From positions 31,682,001 through 31,746,000 of the forward strand of contig OZ024741.1 of the NCBI GenBank assembly GCA_964016885.1: a DNA stretch of 64,000 bases, read 5' to 3'. A program made the position numbers and the translations under genes. This document shows positions 13,901-28,082 of the stretch, one piece after another; the first letter of the stretch is position 1; every line of letters begins with the position of its first letter. The notes below the pieces were generated by a model that saw only the letters and a list, made by a program, of their open reading frames with translations, was not told the origin of the DNA and did not search any database. The stretch is from Eledone cirrhosa (taxonomy: Eukaryota).

Positions 13901-15035
13901 ATAGTGAAAGAATGAAGAATAACATGGTCGGCTGTACAACAAGGGGCTTTATTTCAAGTACTTTGTACTGCGGAATTTGCAATATGGTGCTATTCCATAT
14001 TTTAAGGTACGATAAGATGTTGCTTAACAGCAAAATAGAAAGATCAATTTTCTGTAGGCACAAAGCAGCTACCAAGTTCACACATTTCAAACCAACATGA
14101 TTCGACCCAGAAATCTTAAAATTCGAGCAGAACCACCCGGATTTTAACGTTAGGAATACATACCACCACACTGTTATTAGCTGTCAACTGATCGACTGGT
14201 CATTAGATCATAAATCTCCTAACCTTTCTTTCACTCTCACACACTCTCCCTGAAGCCACATGAACCCCATTAAGATAAGACAATCAGCACACTAAATATT
14301 TACTACACACACATCAAAATCCCCCTTCCCCGTCCAGCCTCACCCTTATGGCTCATCCTCGTATCTCTCAATTTTTAATTTATTATTTTTTATCTTTTAT
14401 CTGTCATTTGTTACTACCCCTTATTCTCTACTTCTAACCCTGTGACCACCAAGTAAGTATGTATATATCTAATGTTGCTTATCATGTTAGTATTACCTCC
14501 ACCCTCACATCTTTATACAGACGCTTACTCACTACCACCACTATTATCAACTATCGTATTCCGTACTTATATATTTTTTTTACTTAGTTTTTTACTTTTT
14601 ACATCTGTAACTTCTTTACTACTTTATCAGTATATTTTATTTTTTATGTTATTGTTTTTATTCTACGCTGTATCTATATATACCATTGCTAAATGTGAGT
14701 TCTCTAGTATTCTGAGGATTTGATCAGAGGTAAACACTGTATTTAAAGTTGAGTGACGCAACTTCAAGTGATTAGCGGCCTTTAGACTCACCTAATCAAT
14801 GACACAATTGTTAATACTTGAAATAAACCCTTTTCGTACATCCGACCATGTTATTCTTCATTCTTTCACTATTGTTACTCTAAGTATAACCTGCATAGGA
14901 ATTCTCGCGAATTCGCTGCCTAACTATGGAAACATCTTGTTGAGTCAAATAAAGTCGTACGTCAAAACTATCCACAATACAGAGTACTCACAACCTCTAA
15001 CTAGATTACCTATAATGATAATTTGTTATCCCATA
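13901..15035 (+). mobile_element. 5'-truncated Penelope-like element: inverted 5' piece, endonuclease tail and 3' UTR with HHR
   Basis: 13960-14100 encodes YCGICNMVLFHIL...LLNSKIERSIFCRHK (PLE EN C-terminus). 13901-13960 is an inverted copy of the post-HHR sequence. Confidence 0.75.
14706..14818 (+). ncRNA. Hammerhead ribozyme with about 80-nt stem II insertion (GAAA mutated to GACA)
   Basis: agtatt-CTGAGGA-tttgatcagaggt...acctaatcaat-GACA-caattg-TT|aatact. Confidence 0.7.
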
Positions 15036-15060
15036 TATATATATTATCACACCTCCTTCG

Positions 15061-15118
<58 letters not shown>

Positions 15119-16026
15119 CGAAGGAGGTGTGATAAAGAATCAGATGGACCATATCGCACCAGAGTACTCAATACAACGTTAGACGCCAGCGGTAGAGCTC
15201 AAACCCCCTCATGACCCGGGTGGGTAGACAATGGCTGCAACAACCTCCTTTTCTTCACTTGCCGAACAAGATAAGGGAAACCCCATCTAACATAGGTAGA
15301 TGTACATCTTTTCCATTTTATTTTCTTCTACCCTTTATCTCTCCCTATCACCTCCTTCCATTCCCTATCATCTTACTTTTACTTTTTCCACTTCCACCTA
15401 CCCTGAGGCAGCCCATCGGGCTTCTGTAGCCTCAGTACCTCTACCCCAATAATTTATATATAGCATTCGCCGTAAACGCAATACCAACTGATTATAGCAG
15501 CGGTTTTAGACCCTAGATATTTTTTATTACTTTTTACTACCCAATTTTATAATTTTATATATTTTTTATTTATTTAGTATCTTCAAATTTCAATTTATTA
15601 ACCTATTGTTACTCCAAGTATAACCTGCATTGGTCGTAAATGCAATACCAACTAATATAGCAGCTGTTTTAGACTATAGAGATTTTTTATTACTTCTTAC
15701 TATCCAATTTTATATTTTTATATATTTTTTTATTTATTTATTATCTTCTAATTTCATTTTAATAACCTATTCTATAACGTCCTCTCTCTATTTTCTCCAG
15801 AATCCTTTTTCCCCTGCTTCCTATCTAACCTATTTTCATACACAATCCTTAGAATTTGCTGTATAGAATTCACTTTCAACGCTTGACCGGCTCTACCCAC
15901 TCCCTCATTGTTCTACAGGCAAGTTCAGCCACCCACCCCCACCCATTGCTATGAAAGACTTAATTGTGTTTACAAGAAATTTTGACCAGTCCTATTAACA
16001 ACTACAATCTTCCCATATAATGAATT

Positions 16027-16122
16027 ACTCCTTGAAAAGTTAGGCTATTTATTTACCACGCTAAAAATTCTAATTTAGTCAAGAAATAGCCGTTGAAATG
16101 GCTTGAGCTCTGCCGTCGACGT
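16027..16122 (+). ncRNA. U3-A8 variant hammerhead (family W copy)
   Basis: TTGAAAA-gttaggctattt...aaatagccgtt-GAAA-tggc-ttgagctct-gccg-TC. Stem I is degraded. Confidence 0.6.
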
Positions 16123-16443
16123 CTAACATTTTCCTATTACCCACTCTACTACCCTAAGTATTGAGTACGCTGGTGCTATATGTTCCATCTGATTCCTTAC
16201 CACACCTCCTTCGTTATATATATATATGGGATAACAAGTTATCATTATAGGTAATCTAGTTAGAGGGTGTGAGTACTCTGCATTGTGGATAGTTTTAACG
16301 TACGACTTTATTTGACCTAACAAGAGATTTCCATAGTTAGGCAGCGAGTTCGCGAGAATTTCTATGCAGGTTATACTTGGAGTAACAATAGTGAAAGAAT
16401 GAAGAATAACATGGTCGGATGTACAACAATGGGCTTTATTTCA

Positions 16444-16557
16444 AGTATTAACAATTGTTTCATTGATCAGGTGAGTCTAAAGGCCGCTAATCGGTTTGAA
16501 GTTGCGTCACTCAACTTTAAATACAGTGTTTACCTCTGATCAAATCCCCAGAATACT
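16444..16557 (-). ncRNA. Hammerhead ribozyme, second copy (CTGAGGA mutated to CTGGGGA)
   Basis: agtatt-CTGGGGA-tttgatcag...ctgatcaat-GAAA-caattg-TT|aatact-tgAAATAAA. Confidence 0.7.
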
Positions 16558-17020
16558 AGAGAACTCACATATAGCAATGGTATATATAGATACAGCGTAG
16601 AATCAAAACTATAACATAAATAATAAAATATACTGATAAAGTAGTAAAGAAGTTACAGATGTAAAAAGTAAAAAAATAAGTTAAAAAAATATAAGTACAG
16701 AATACGATAGTTGATAATAGTGGTGGTAGTGAGTAAGCGTCTGTATAAAGATGTGAGGGTGGAGGTAATACTAACATGAAAAGCAACATTAGATATATAC
16801 ATACTTACTTGGTGGTCACAGGGTTAGAAGTAGAGAATAAGGGGTAGTAACAAATGACAGATAAAAGATAAAAAATAATAAATTAAAAATTGAGAGATAC
16901 GAGGATGAGCCATAAGGGTGAGGGTGGACGGGGAATGGGGATTTTGATGTGTGTGTAGTAAATATTTAGTGTGCTGATTGTCTTATCTTAATGGGGTTGA
17001 TGTGGCTTCAGGGAGAGTGT

Positions 17021-17490
17021 CAACTCCCTATGATTAGTTCTGAGATTTCTATTGTTAATTTTAGTTATATTTTGGGCAATATTTTTAGTAGTCGAGTAGG
17101 AAAGTTTAATTGTGTGTCGGTTAAAGATTCTACTATATTTATGTGGTTTTGGAAAACATTTATCAAGATTCCTAATGATAATGGTGGACTATACCACAAA
17201 ACAGAAAGGGATTTAACTCTTTCGTAGGACATTTTGGTCTTATAGGAGTTATATCGATTTGAAATCAGATTTGTCCCGACTCCATATATTAGCTTTTGGA
17301 TATCAGAATTATTAGAATTCTTCTAAACTGTATGTGTGTTAGTGTTAATATCTATTGTATGCTGATTTCTATACGCGGGGTGTTTATCCATGTAATCAAT
17401 TTTATCAGGGTAACCTGCTCTATTTAAAGCATTGTTATAGCATTTAGCCTTGTCAAAAATTTCTTTGTTAGCTGAGAGTCTAGAGATTCT
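17021..17490 (-). pseudogene. Degraded PLE RT thumb/linker fragment
   Basis: Manual translation gives RISRLSANKEIFD...NALNRAGY...HKYSRIFNRHTIKLSYSTT, matching the PLE at 19827 and 35583. Confidence 0.7.
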
Positions 17491-17570
17491 TGGTTAAACA
17501 CTATTTGCTTAAACTTTAATCTGCTATTTTAATATTTATATATATATATATATATATGGGAACAAGTATG

Positions 17571-17666
17571 ACCCCGACGGCAGAGCTCAAGACGTTTCGA
17601 CGGCTATTTCTGGACTAAATAAGAATATTTAGCCTGGTAAATAAATAGCCGAACTTCTCAGGGGGT
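17571..17666 (-). ncRNA. Family W hammerhead copy
   Basis: acccc-CTGAGAA-gttcggctattt...aaatagccgtc-GAAA-cgtc..gccg-TC|ggggt. It has a 5-bp stem I and a 9-bp stem II. Confidence 0.65.
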
Positions 17667-18358
17667 ATTTTCTTATTTGGGAAGATAGTAATTGTCAAAA
17701 GGATTGGTCAAAAATTTGTTGTAAAGGCAGATAATTCTATCATGGCATTTGGTGGGAGGTAGGGGTGGCTGAACTTGGCGGTAGAACAAAGAGGGAGTGG
17801 GGGAGACCCAGTCAAGCGTTGAAAGTCAAATATATACAGCAGATTCTAAGGATAGTGTATAAAAGATCGAAAAAAGTGTACTGGAGAAGAGGAGGGGGGG
17901 GGGGAGAATAGGTAAATCGAAAGGGAGTAAAAAAACCCATTATAAAATTAAGGAAATAAATATATAAAAAAAAATTTCTGGTTACTAAGCCATTTCCACA
18001 ATCACCAAATTTCTCATTGGTATTGCTAAGCTATAGAAAAGTTTAATAGGTGGAGAATGGGAACAATACTAAATACGAGATAGTGAAAGAATTTTATAAA
18101 GCCGGATTTACAGGGGGTCTAACACCACTGCTATAGATATTTCAACAAATGTGTGAAACGCAGCAGGGCGCGGGTAATTCGGCTAGTAATAATACTAAAA
18201 AGGATTATTTGTTATGTGTTCATTACATTTATTGAGTAGTGACGCGCGATATGCTATTGATCTGCCCAAAGGTTCGATCTAGCCTGACTTTGGAATCAAA
18301 TTCTCATCAACTTCTGTTGAAAATGAACGAACAAAACGCAGAAGGCAATTGTACACAG

Positions 18359-18439
<81 letters not shown>

Positions 18440-18494
18440 CAATGAATGTGTTAGGAAAATATACATGGCGTGATTAGAAAAGATAATATTTAAT

Positions 18495-18627
18495 TATACA
18501 TTTCAACATAAGTTTCGTTATTGAGTTATGTCACTTTCAACGGGTTTGTTAGGAAATATTGCTAATTCCAATCATTTCCACGTTACAATGGACGTTTAAA
18601 CATAAAAGATTCATCAGAAAATGTGTA
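18495..18627 (-). ncRNA. Hammerhead ribozyme with about 95-nt stem II insertion
   Basis: tacacatttt-CTGATGA-[long insert]-GAAA-cttatg-TT|gaaatgtata. Confidence 0.6.
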
Positions 18628-19123
18628 ATTCCTAGGTAATTTGATATTGGCGATGCTAAAGCAATGAGTGGCTATTAAACTGACCAAAGGGTATCCAAAC
18701 GTCTCTTGTTGTATATAAATGGTGCCTGCCATTGGCTTAGAAGTGTTCATCTATAGACTTAATGGAATATAATGTATTTGAGCTAGGACAGGTGACAGGT
18801 AATAAATCTATTTAGTGTAAGTTATATCCACATGACCATTAAAGATAAAGTTGAAGACATGGAATTGGCACGGGTAAAGTAGAGATGAAATATATTGTTT
18901 AGTGTTATTGTGGTTAGTTTGGTAGTTGTAGATAAGGCTGAAGTTAAGAACAAATATTGGTATCCACACTATATGTATTCACAATTGGGTATTTGAGGTC
19001 GATAGGACTGATAAAGGTTGAAACGTGTTCCAATCCTGGGTTAGTTAGGATTATAATTAGAGAATGTAAGTCTGATATTTCCAGCAAAAACGAAAACTAC
19101 CTTATCTTATCTTAAAGTATATA

Positions 19124-19167
<44 letters not shown>

Positions 19168-19172
<5 letters not shown>

Positions 19173-19446
19173 AAAGAATAGAGGTGTAACACACAAGTTA
19201 TTATATATTGGTAAACAGAATAGAAAATGCTGACAAATTGTTCACAGTTGAAAAATGGTTTAATTAGGAATAAAAGAGTATTAGTGATTGTATGGGTTAG
19301 TATTCAGTTGTGGTTTTAAGTTTTTAAGTTTTTACCGGTTGCGCATTTCTAAATGCTTTTCAAAAATAATTTTGAGATAGAGTGTCCGTGTTGTTTGCTC
19401 TGATCAGAGCAAACAACACGGACACTCTATCTCAAAATTATTTTTG
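19168..19446 (-). mobile_element. Repeat family 'Y' fragment ending in a perfect 43-bp-arm palindrome
   Basis: Same sequence at 39905-40375 (-), 41150-41530 (+) and diverged at 33040-33330 (+). The palindrome is centred on TGATCA at 19401-19406. An HHR-like motif lies at 19330-19366. Confidence 0.8.
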
Positions 19447-19504
19447 TATATATGTATGTATATATATATATATATATATATACATACATATATATACATG
19501 TATA

Positions 19505-21292
19505 TATCAGACAAATCTGGCAACCTATATCAAGTGGAGCGCAGTACTTACCATCAACTACTACATAATGCTGTAACTAAGGATTACCGTAAAACTAATC
19601 GGTGCGTCATCAATGAAATCAACGACGCTGGTTTAAAATCACATCTGATCACAACATCCTGGACCGGACCGAACCTCTGGACCCCATTTCTCTCCACTTT
19701 ACCCTGAAGGATCACAAATCCAATTTTCCGAACAACCCCTCTATTCGGCTTATTAACCCTACGAAGTCCGATTTAGGTAGACTTAGTAAAACGATTCTTG
19801 ATAGAATTATACCTGAAATTAGAAGTTTGGCCCCTCTCGCACTGTGGAACAATTCTTTCGCGGTGATTGATTGGTTCAACGGCATACGTAATAAGGAACA
19901 TTGCCGTTTTATCCAATTCGACATCAACAATTACTACTCCTCCATCACTTTACCACTTCTCCTTAGAGCTATCAATTTCGCTAAAACACTCACAGTGGTT
20001 AAGGATTTCGAAGTTGATGTCATCCTTAATGCCCGAAAGTCAGTGATTAATTTCGACGACTCTATTTGGATTAAAAAATCCAATAGTACTACATTCGACG
20101 TGAGTACGGGCGCCAGTGACTCTGCAGAGGTTACTGATCTTATTGGCCTTTTCCTCCTTTTCTCTACCAAGGACGTATTCCCCAACGCGGGCGGTGGTTT
20201 GTACCGTGACGATGGTCTTTTGACCATGACTAAGTGCGGACCTCGTGCTTGCGACAGGTTCAGAAAAGAACTCACAGCCTTCTTTAAAGGCTTCAACCTC
20301 TCTATACAGGTTGAGGCCAATCTCTCGGTCGTTAATTACCTCGACGTTACCCTCAATTTATTGAATGGGTTGTATTACCCGTATAGAAAGCCGAATGATA
20401 CGCTTAATTACATAAGTAAGCATTCCAACCATCCTGCCAGCATAACCAAGAACCTGGTAAAAAACGTTTCGTTGAGGCTTTCCCGTCTTTCCACCAACGA
20501 GCGCATTTTCAACGACAATTCCACTTATTACAATGAAGCTCTTGCTCGAAGTGGATTTGTCGATAAGGTAGTATATACAGAGTACGAAAATAGACCTAGA
20601 AGAAATAGATCCCGTCGCATTTGTTGGTTTAACCCACCATATAATATGGAGGTGGCCACACCATTAGCTAAGATCTTTCTTTCCCTTATTACGAAGCATT
20701 TTCCCCCTACACATAAATATAGTAACATTTTTAATAGAAATACTACTAAAATTTCTTACTCTACGACTCCTAACCTTGCACATAACATCACAGCTTCAAA
20801 TTTAGCTAAACAACCTAGCCGTAGGATCACGTGCAACCCTGTAGTTAGTACTAACTGTAATTGTATCAGGCTGATTGCCCCCTATCCGGGAAATGCCTCT
20901 CTAGTAACGTTGTCTACAAATGTAAGATTGTAACACCCACGTCCAGTAGGGCCTACATAGGGTTAACCGCCAATAGTTTCACGCAGCGTCTTTACATGCA
21001 TACCCATTCTTTTCGTTACCCTCTAAGAAGGAATATGACGTCACTTTCAGCTTATATCTGGAGTCTAAAAGACAACCACACCCAATATAAGTTACACTGG
21101 GAGATCCTAGCTAGGGCTAGATCGTATAACGGAAATAAAAGACCATGTGACCTCTGCGCCGCTGAGGCCCTGGAAATACTCTACGCCACAGACCACATCT
21201 TAAACAAAAAATCTGAGGCAATTTCGGCTTGTAAACATAAATTGCACAAAACTTTCCTGTATTACAGCCCGACTTTATACCCTAACGGATAG
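19505..21292 (+). pseudogene. Penelope-like retroelement RT plus C-terminal GIY-YIG endonuclease (frameshifted, 5'-truncated)
   Basis: DKSGNLY, RLINPTKS, FIQFDINNYYSSI, GLYRDDGL, NYLDVTL, WFNPPY, CNC..CPLSGKC, VVYKC...YIGLT and CDLC..E...CKH. Split across ORFs 19444, 19827 and 20861. Confidence 0.92.
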
Positions 21293-22222
21293 TGCGATCT
21301 ATACGTGGATATTTTACGTCTTGATGTGGGAGCTAGGTATATGTTTTGTTTATTCCTTTACTTATCTGCATAGGTAAGTATATATTACCCGTATGTTTTG
21401 TGAAGGTATGTATACCTTCTCGTACGTATATTTGATTGTTATGGCGTATAATTTTTATATTCTGGTATTTAGGGTTTGGCTATGTGTATACGGGAGTTTT
21501 GCGTCTGCGTGAGTATGCAGGTTCGTACGTATGGTGGGTGTGTATATATGTGTACTTCTTGTTTTAGTTGACTTACGTCTCCGAACATTCGTGTATTTAT
21601 ATGTAAATATGTGTGTGCGCTTGTTATATACGTATTTATTTACTTATATACGTTTATATAATTATTTATTTATTTGTACACAAGCATACACACACACACA
21701 CACATATTTATATGTGCGTGGTTTTGTATACCTATGGTAAGGTTCTGCGTATGCTTGTGTATGTACATATTTGTTTGCGTGTATGTATTAATTTATTTCT
21801 ATTACTTCTGTATTGTATTTATTTACTTTGTTCTTAACTCTGTAGCAGAGATTCATTTGGTCTTCTAGTTAGAATTTTAGTCTACGACTTCTGCTATACC
21901 ATTTACGTGGTTTTGTCTTTGCGTGCTATTGTTCTCCACGCTCCACATATGACTTATTATCTTCGTTTTTTCGTTCATTGCCAGAGAACGTCTCTATGCA
22001 CCACCTAAGAGAACATTAGTCTACGACCTCTTTTATACCATAAACGTGGTTCTGTCTTTGCGCGTAATTGTTTTTCACCGCTCCTATTAATGACGTATTA
22101 TTCGCTTTTTCCCGTTCTTTGCCAGCGAACGTTTCCACGAACCAAAGTGTCGTCTTCCTGTCTTCCTCCGGTTGCAACGTTTTTTGAAATATCCAGTTCT
22201 GCGTTTACAGATTGACTTTGTT

Positions 22223-22273
22223 AGTTTCAGAAGATCCCGTTAAGGGTGAAAGCAGCGATTCTTTGCTTAAACT
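22223..22273 (+). ncRNA. Hammerhead-like motif (CAGAAGA core) at the 3' end of the PLE
   Basis: agttt-CAGAAGA-tccc/gggt-GAAA-gca..tgc-TT|aaact. Further copies at 22830-22940 (fold-back) and about 11965-12015. Confidence 0.55.
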
Positions 22274-22312
22274 TTAATCTGTTATTTAATAAATATATAT
22301 ATATATATATAA

Positions 22313-22730
22313 ATGGAAAAAATGAAATTCCATTTCTCACTCTTAGTACAGCTGATACTTAAATATAAGTATGTATACATGCATACATATATGTATACAG
22401 ACGTACGGTAGTATGTATATATATACATACATGCACACATATATATATGTACGTATGGGTTTACCGAACATTTATTATAATGTTCGGTTTGTTTCTAAAC
22501 AAACAGCCCGAATTAAGCCGTACAGTGTTTAGCAACCATCGTTGCCCTTTTGTTCAACACTGTACGGCTTAATTCGGGCTGTTTGTTTACAAACAAACCG
22601 AACATTATAATAAATGTTCGGTAAACCCATACGTACATATATATATATATGTGTGCATGTATGCATGTATATACATACTACTGTACGTCTGTATACATAT
22701 ATGTATGTACGTATATATACTTATATATAT
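22313..22730. mobile_element. Retrozyme-like family 'X' fragment folded back on itself
   Basis: Homologous to 30961-31830, 50105-50548 and 59565-60518. It inverts at about 22560. Confidence 0.8.
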
Positions 22731-22988
22731 ATTATAATAATAATAAATGTGAAGACTAAAATCGAAAGAGGGCTCGATAAGGATAAATATATATCAAATA
22801 TGTAAGAACCATCGAGCAAATATTTATTAAAATAACAGATTAAAGTTTAAGTAAAGAATCACTGGTTAACGGGATCTTCTGAAGATCCCGTTAAGGGTGA
22901 AAGCAGTGATTCTTTGCTTAAACTTTAATCTGTTATTTTAATATATATATATATATATATTTGTATATATTAGAAAGAGAATTCGCTT

Positions 22989-23078
22989 CGTAGCTGAGGA
23001 ACTTGCGAATCCAGAGTCAGGTTCGATCTACAAACAGATCGCACCCGAGCTGTTCGCCGGAGAAACAATTGAAATACG
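22989..23078 (+). ncRNA. Degenerate hammerhead with long stem II
   Basis: cgtag-CTGAGGA-...-GAAA-caattg-AA(mutated)|atacg-cAATAAA. Confidence 0.5.
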
Positions 23079-23120
23079 CAATAAATTGTGTTCCGATGCA
23101 TCACTGATTCTTTGCTTTCC

Positions 23121-23171
<51 letters not shown>

Positions 23172-23469
23172 CATTATAAAGAAAGAAGAAACATCAGACA
23201 TTAATAAATAAATAAATAAATAAATACCTATTATTTCTTCTTAGAATGAGAAGAAATAATAGGTATTTATTTATTTATTAATGTCTGATGTTTGTTCTTT
23301 CTTTATAATGTATTATATAGCTCTGATAGAGAGTCAGTTTAATTCATTCCGATTTTCTTGTCCCTCTTAATCATAAAGCAACAACGGTTGGCAACACACA
23401 ATCTCACATACTTGTGTATATATGCATGTATATGTATGTATTCACATGTATCTGTGTATTTTTCGTTAT

Positions 23470-23549
<80 letters not shown>

Positions 23550-23749
23550 TGAATAACGAAATATTTTTATAGTTTAAATCATCTATTCATTTCTACGATT
23601 ACATTTTAGATTTGGGGAATAAGTGTCCCTATTTCCAGTTAGGCATGTGCTAACCAGGAAAATATCCTTATTAATAAATCTACAGAATGTGAGAGATAGA
23701 TAAAAACAAAGCTGTGAAGAGCATTATTGTTTAGCAATATGCAATGGGA

Positions 23750-26200
23750 TTTAAGCAACAAAGAATTATAATGTCTAGGGGATATTTGTCCACATACTGT
23801 AAGTACTGTTCATGTATCCAAATATAAGTACAGCGTGCTAACCTGCCGTAGCGCGATTATTTGATAGGGTAACGTATTTTTTCAAATAAGGCTTAAGACG
23901 TTCGAATCTTCAACATTCGGTGTTCAATTACAAATTCAGCCAATACACGTTTTCACATTATAAGTCAGATAGTGGTCATCAGTAACAGTGTACACCATTT
24001 TATATAAGGGTTAATAAACGTAACTATGTATTTGAGTAGTACAAAAACCTGTGTAGATCTACATATAGTTAAAGAAACGTTAGTGAACATAATTCTAATA
24101 CTTGTATCAGAGGACTCAATTATCAATTATTATAGGAATTTGTTACATGTTAAGAATATTGTTGGGTCTGATTGACGATCTAAGATTCTAAAATAATATA
24201 TTGTTTGATATTATTTTATACTTACCCAGTTCTGCCTAGTTGCTAGAGGATAAATAATTTGCTGAATTAGATGTTGATGAGAAGGAAAGTTTCATAGTAT
24301 TTTTATCTAGTAGTTTATGGCAATTATATAACTGGGGAAAGTTTTTTTTATCAATTATGCTTAAGATCCATTTAGGTATCTTTGAAACTATATGCTTACT
24401 ATAAGAAGCATTAAACTATGTGGTGGATCCTGTACGCTTTGTTTTATTACCTTAAGTTGAGAAGACATTTGGCAGTATCGGTAGAGGGTTGGACGCCATG
24501 CTTTCTAGCATAGTTACGTCCCTTTACAGTCTGAGTTCAAATCCCGCCGAGGTTGACTTTGCCTTTCATCCTTACGGGGTCGATAAAATAAAGTACCAGT
24601 AATGTACTGGGTAATTGTTGGCCTTGTGCCTAAAGTAGAAACAATTATTTGAGTTCAAATCCCGCCGAGATTAACTTTGCCTTTCCTCCTTACGAGGTCG
24701 ATAAAATAAAGTACCTGTAATGCACTGGGTAATTGCTGGCCTTGTTCCAAACGTAGAAACAATTATTGTTGTTATGAGAATTATTATTAATAGATTTAGG
24801 GATATTAAGAAGCTTACTAGAGTTTATCTCATAAGCTTGTTTCGAATTTTAAATTTACAAGGATGAAGCTTATATGATACCAAACCTCTCCGACTAATTT
24901 TATTTAAATTCCTATCCTCACCGTTGTTTGTGTTACTATTATTGTTCACATAACGATTGTTGTTAGCATATGTATGGTCTTTCATACTCATACTATCCCT
25001 ATTTGTGTTGGATGCGATAATTAGTCTTGTTAGAAAAGACAGTAACTTGGTCAATAACTTAATCGTTTGTGTCGTTTTGGTCAGCTTCTATATCTAGATC
25101 ATTCTTAGAAATGCGCAATGTACTATTGTAATTAATTATATTTCAATTTCTATTCTACAGTTATTGCTATCTTTGCTCTATTGGATTTTCTCATTGTATC
25201 TTAATCTAGTTTACGCCTCATTGTGTTTTTTTGTTAAATATATCACTATAAGAGAATAGTCTGGAGATTCTATTGGATAAAGATTTTGCTATAGAATTAA
25301 GTATATATTGGAGTACTTTGAGAGGTTATTTACATATATGCTCACTTGGTTTATGGTAAGGTTTATATATCCCACTGTTTAGCTCAAACATGACATCTAA
25401 GAAGTCAATTACATTATTATTTGTAGCTATCGTTATATTTAAGCAATTTTCTTCCAAACCCTGTAAGAGCTTATTTTTTCTTTCTAATTTTCTATTATTG
25501 CAGTTAATTGTGAAGAGAGCATCATCTCGATACAAGAGCATCACCGATACAAACCTACGTTTAAGAAAGAGAAGATTTATGTAGGATTGCTTAGTAAAAA
25601 CGACTAAGTCAGCAAACTGGACTGAATCCGATTAGATTATGATATCAAATTTAACAATGCTATTTTTTCCTGGTTCAAAAGTTACCGTCAAATGTTATTA
25701 TTATTTTCTCCGCGGCTAGGATGATGTCAATTTTAGTTCTAGTTAGATCGCACATACTTTTTGCCACAATTAAAGCTCTATTTAGAAGTTAGGGGAGATA
25801 GAGGAATAATAATTGTCTAGTCAAATTTTGTGTTACCCAAAAGGCCAAAGTATATTTTTGTTTAATAGTAGGGATTATCCTATCAAATATGTTTTTTTGT
25901 TTTTTGTTAATTTTCGCTACATCAAAAGTAGAGGGGCGAATTAAAGGGTTAATATTAAGGTCCATCCTATGGGCTTTAAAGTTGAATCTTGGAGATATAG
26001 TGGTGTAAGGTTCTGTATATCATTTTAGATAATTTACAATATTTCTCCCTTCGTATGTTATATCACTAAGGTTTCCATACGTAGTTTGTAAGATAATTTT
26101 TGTTTAATCCTTTATAGATAAATGAGTTGTAAGTATGGAAATCTACACTATAAATATTTTTAGTTTTGTCCACTAAAACCAGCGTATAATCTTTTCATTT
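23750..26200 (-). pseudogene. Highly degraded Penelope-like RT/EN
   Basis: LYRDDAL...VIDFLDVMFELNSGIYKPYHKP in ORF 25326-25544. Many stops. Interrupted by SINEs. Boundaries approximate. Confidence 0.7.
24469..24770 (+). mobile_element. tRNA-derived SINE plus partial tandem copy
   Basis: TGGCAGTATCGG (A-box-like) and GAGTTCAAATCCC (B-box). Central GCCTTTCATCCTTACGGGGTCGATAAAATAAAGTACCAG domain. Copies at 43891, 58034 and about 45800. Confidence 0.85.
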
Positions 26201-26322
26201 CTGAAACTACGTATAGTATTGTTCAGAACTTGTGAGAAATAGGCTCTGTGATACACATACACACACATACAAACACAGACACACACACACAGACACCCAC
26301 AGACACATACCCCCCCCCATAT

Positions 26323-26476
<154 letters not shown>

Positions 26477-26478
26477 GT

Positions 26479-26539
<61 letters not shown>

Positions 26540-26805
26540 TGTGTGTATAAATATATATAAAGGGTGGAAGTGCCTTATCTTTATATGGACACACACACAT
26601 ACATTCACATTGAAACAAGAAAGTGATAAAAGGTGTAACGAAGCAATCGCAATGCAATGCTGCACAAGAACATAAGTTAGAATAAATATAAAGAATGAAT
26701 TTTATCTTAACTCCTGCCTGAAGCAATTAATATTCCCCGTAGCCATGTTTACAGGCATATATATGAATGTGTGCATGACTGTACGCAGTTATATACACAC
26801 AGACA

Positions 26806-26892
<87 letters not shown>

Positions 26893-27115
26893 CTCCTTAT
26901 CATCTTATTTATTCTTCTGTTGAATTGTGTATTGCTACAATAAAAGGTGTTTTTTTACAGCTGAAGTTTTAAGACTTGGAACGATAAATTAACTCCAAGT
27001 AAATATATATATGCATAATATACATATATAGAAAAAAGTAAGGATGTAAATAGTATAGAAGTATAAAAAAGGAGAAAATATAAAAAAAAAAAATTTTTTT
27101 TAATAAAATATATAA

Positions 27116-27155
27116 AATATTACCGGTTTCGATGTAATTCACCTTATCAAATATT
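27116..27155 (-). ncRNA. Minimal hammerhead with U3-A8 core, intact
   Basis: aatat-TTGATAA-ggtg aatta catc-GAAA-ccgg-TA|atatt. Confidence 0.75.
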
Positions 27156-27483
27156 AGATTTAAATTAAAATGTGTGTATATATCAATCATTCCTGCGGAT
27201 CCTACGCACATTTGTGTTGCTTTCGATTATAACAATTTTCCTGGCCCATATCTGTATGAAGATATTTCTCCTTCCAATATTTTTTATGCTTTTTGTCCAA
27301 CGTCCGTTGTGTTTGCATCCCAAATATCCATCTGCAGATAGCAAGTGATGTACTGGTGGTGAATAGTCTTGTCTCATAAATGCTCCGAAACTATATTGAA
27401 CCTCAGAAGACAGCCAATGAGCAAAAATTATCCATGTGCTGTTTCACTTCCTAGATACTCCTGTTTCGAACAATTCTCCTACG

Positions 27484-27543
<60 letters not shown>

Positions 27544-27760
27544 CGAAGGAAATGTGGTAAGGAGCCAGGTGGACCATAACGCACCAAAGTACTCAATACT
27601 TAGGGTAGTAGAGTGGGTAATAGGAACGAGTAGGACCCCCGACGGCTGAGCTCAAGCCGTTTCGACGGCTAATTCTGGACTAAAAAAAAAAAATTTTTTT
27701 TTTAAAGTCCAGAATTAGCCGTCGAAACGGCTTGAGCTCAGCCGTCGGGGTCCTACTCGT

Positions 27761-27826
<66 letters not shown>

Positions 27827-28082
27827 GTGAGTGAGTAATTATGATATAATAATAATAATATCATAATGTTATTAATATTCGATTTGTTTGCAAGCAAACA
27901 GCCTCATAAACAACATGTGAGCTTTCTAGATCAACAGCTTCATCCTTTTGTTCGAGTGGTAGCTGAGATAAAACAATCGACAATTGTTTCGGAGTGTTTG
28001 ATCCTTATCAATATTGTGTATTCTCGTGTCTGCTAGTCACTAGAACTGATGAGAATGTATATTATTCTCAAATGTATACCAA

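Larger units (their letters stand above)
14241..17020. repeat. About 0.8-kb inverted repeat (14241-15035 vs 16225-17020)
   Basis: The arms are two opposite-strand copies of the same PLE 3' UTR. Confidence 0.9.

Noticed and set aside
20850-21292. Selenocysteine (in-frame UGA) at PLE endonuclease Cys positions, as reported for some Naiad elements
   Set aside because: The Cys codons checked here, at 35337-35670 and at 52020-52410 are TGT/TGC. No conserved UGA was seen.
28046-28075. CTGATGA followed by a hairpin
   Set aside because: There is no GAAA, stem III or stem I in the right positions.
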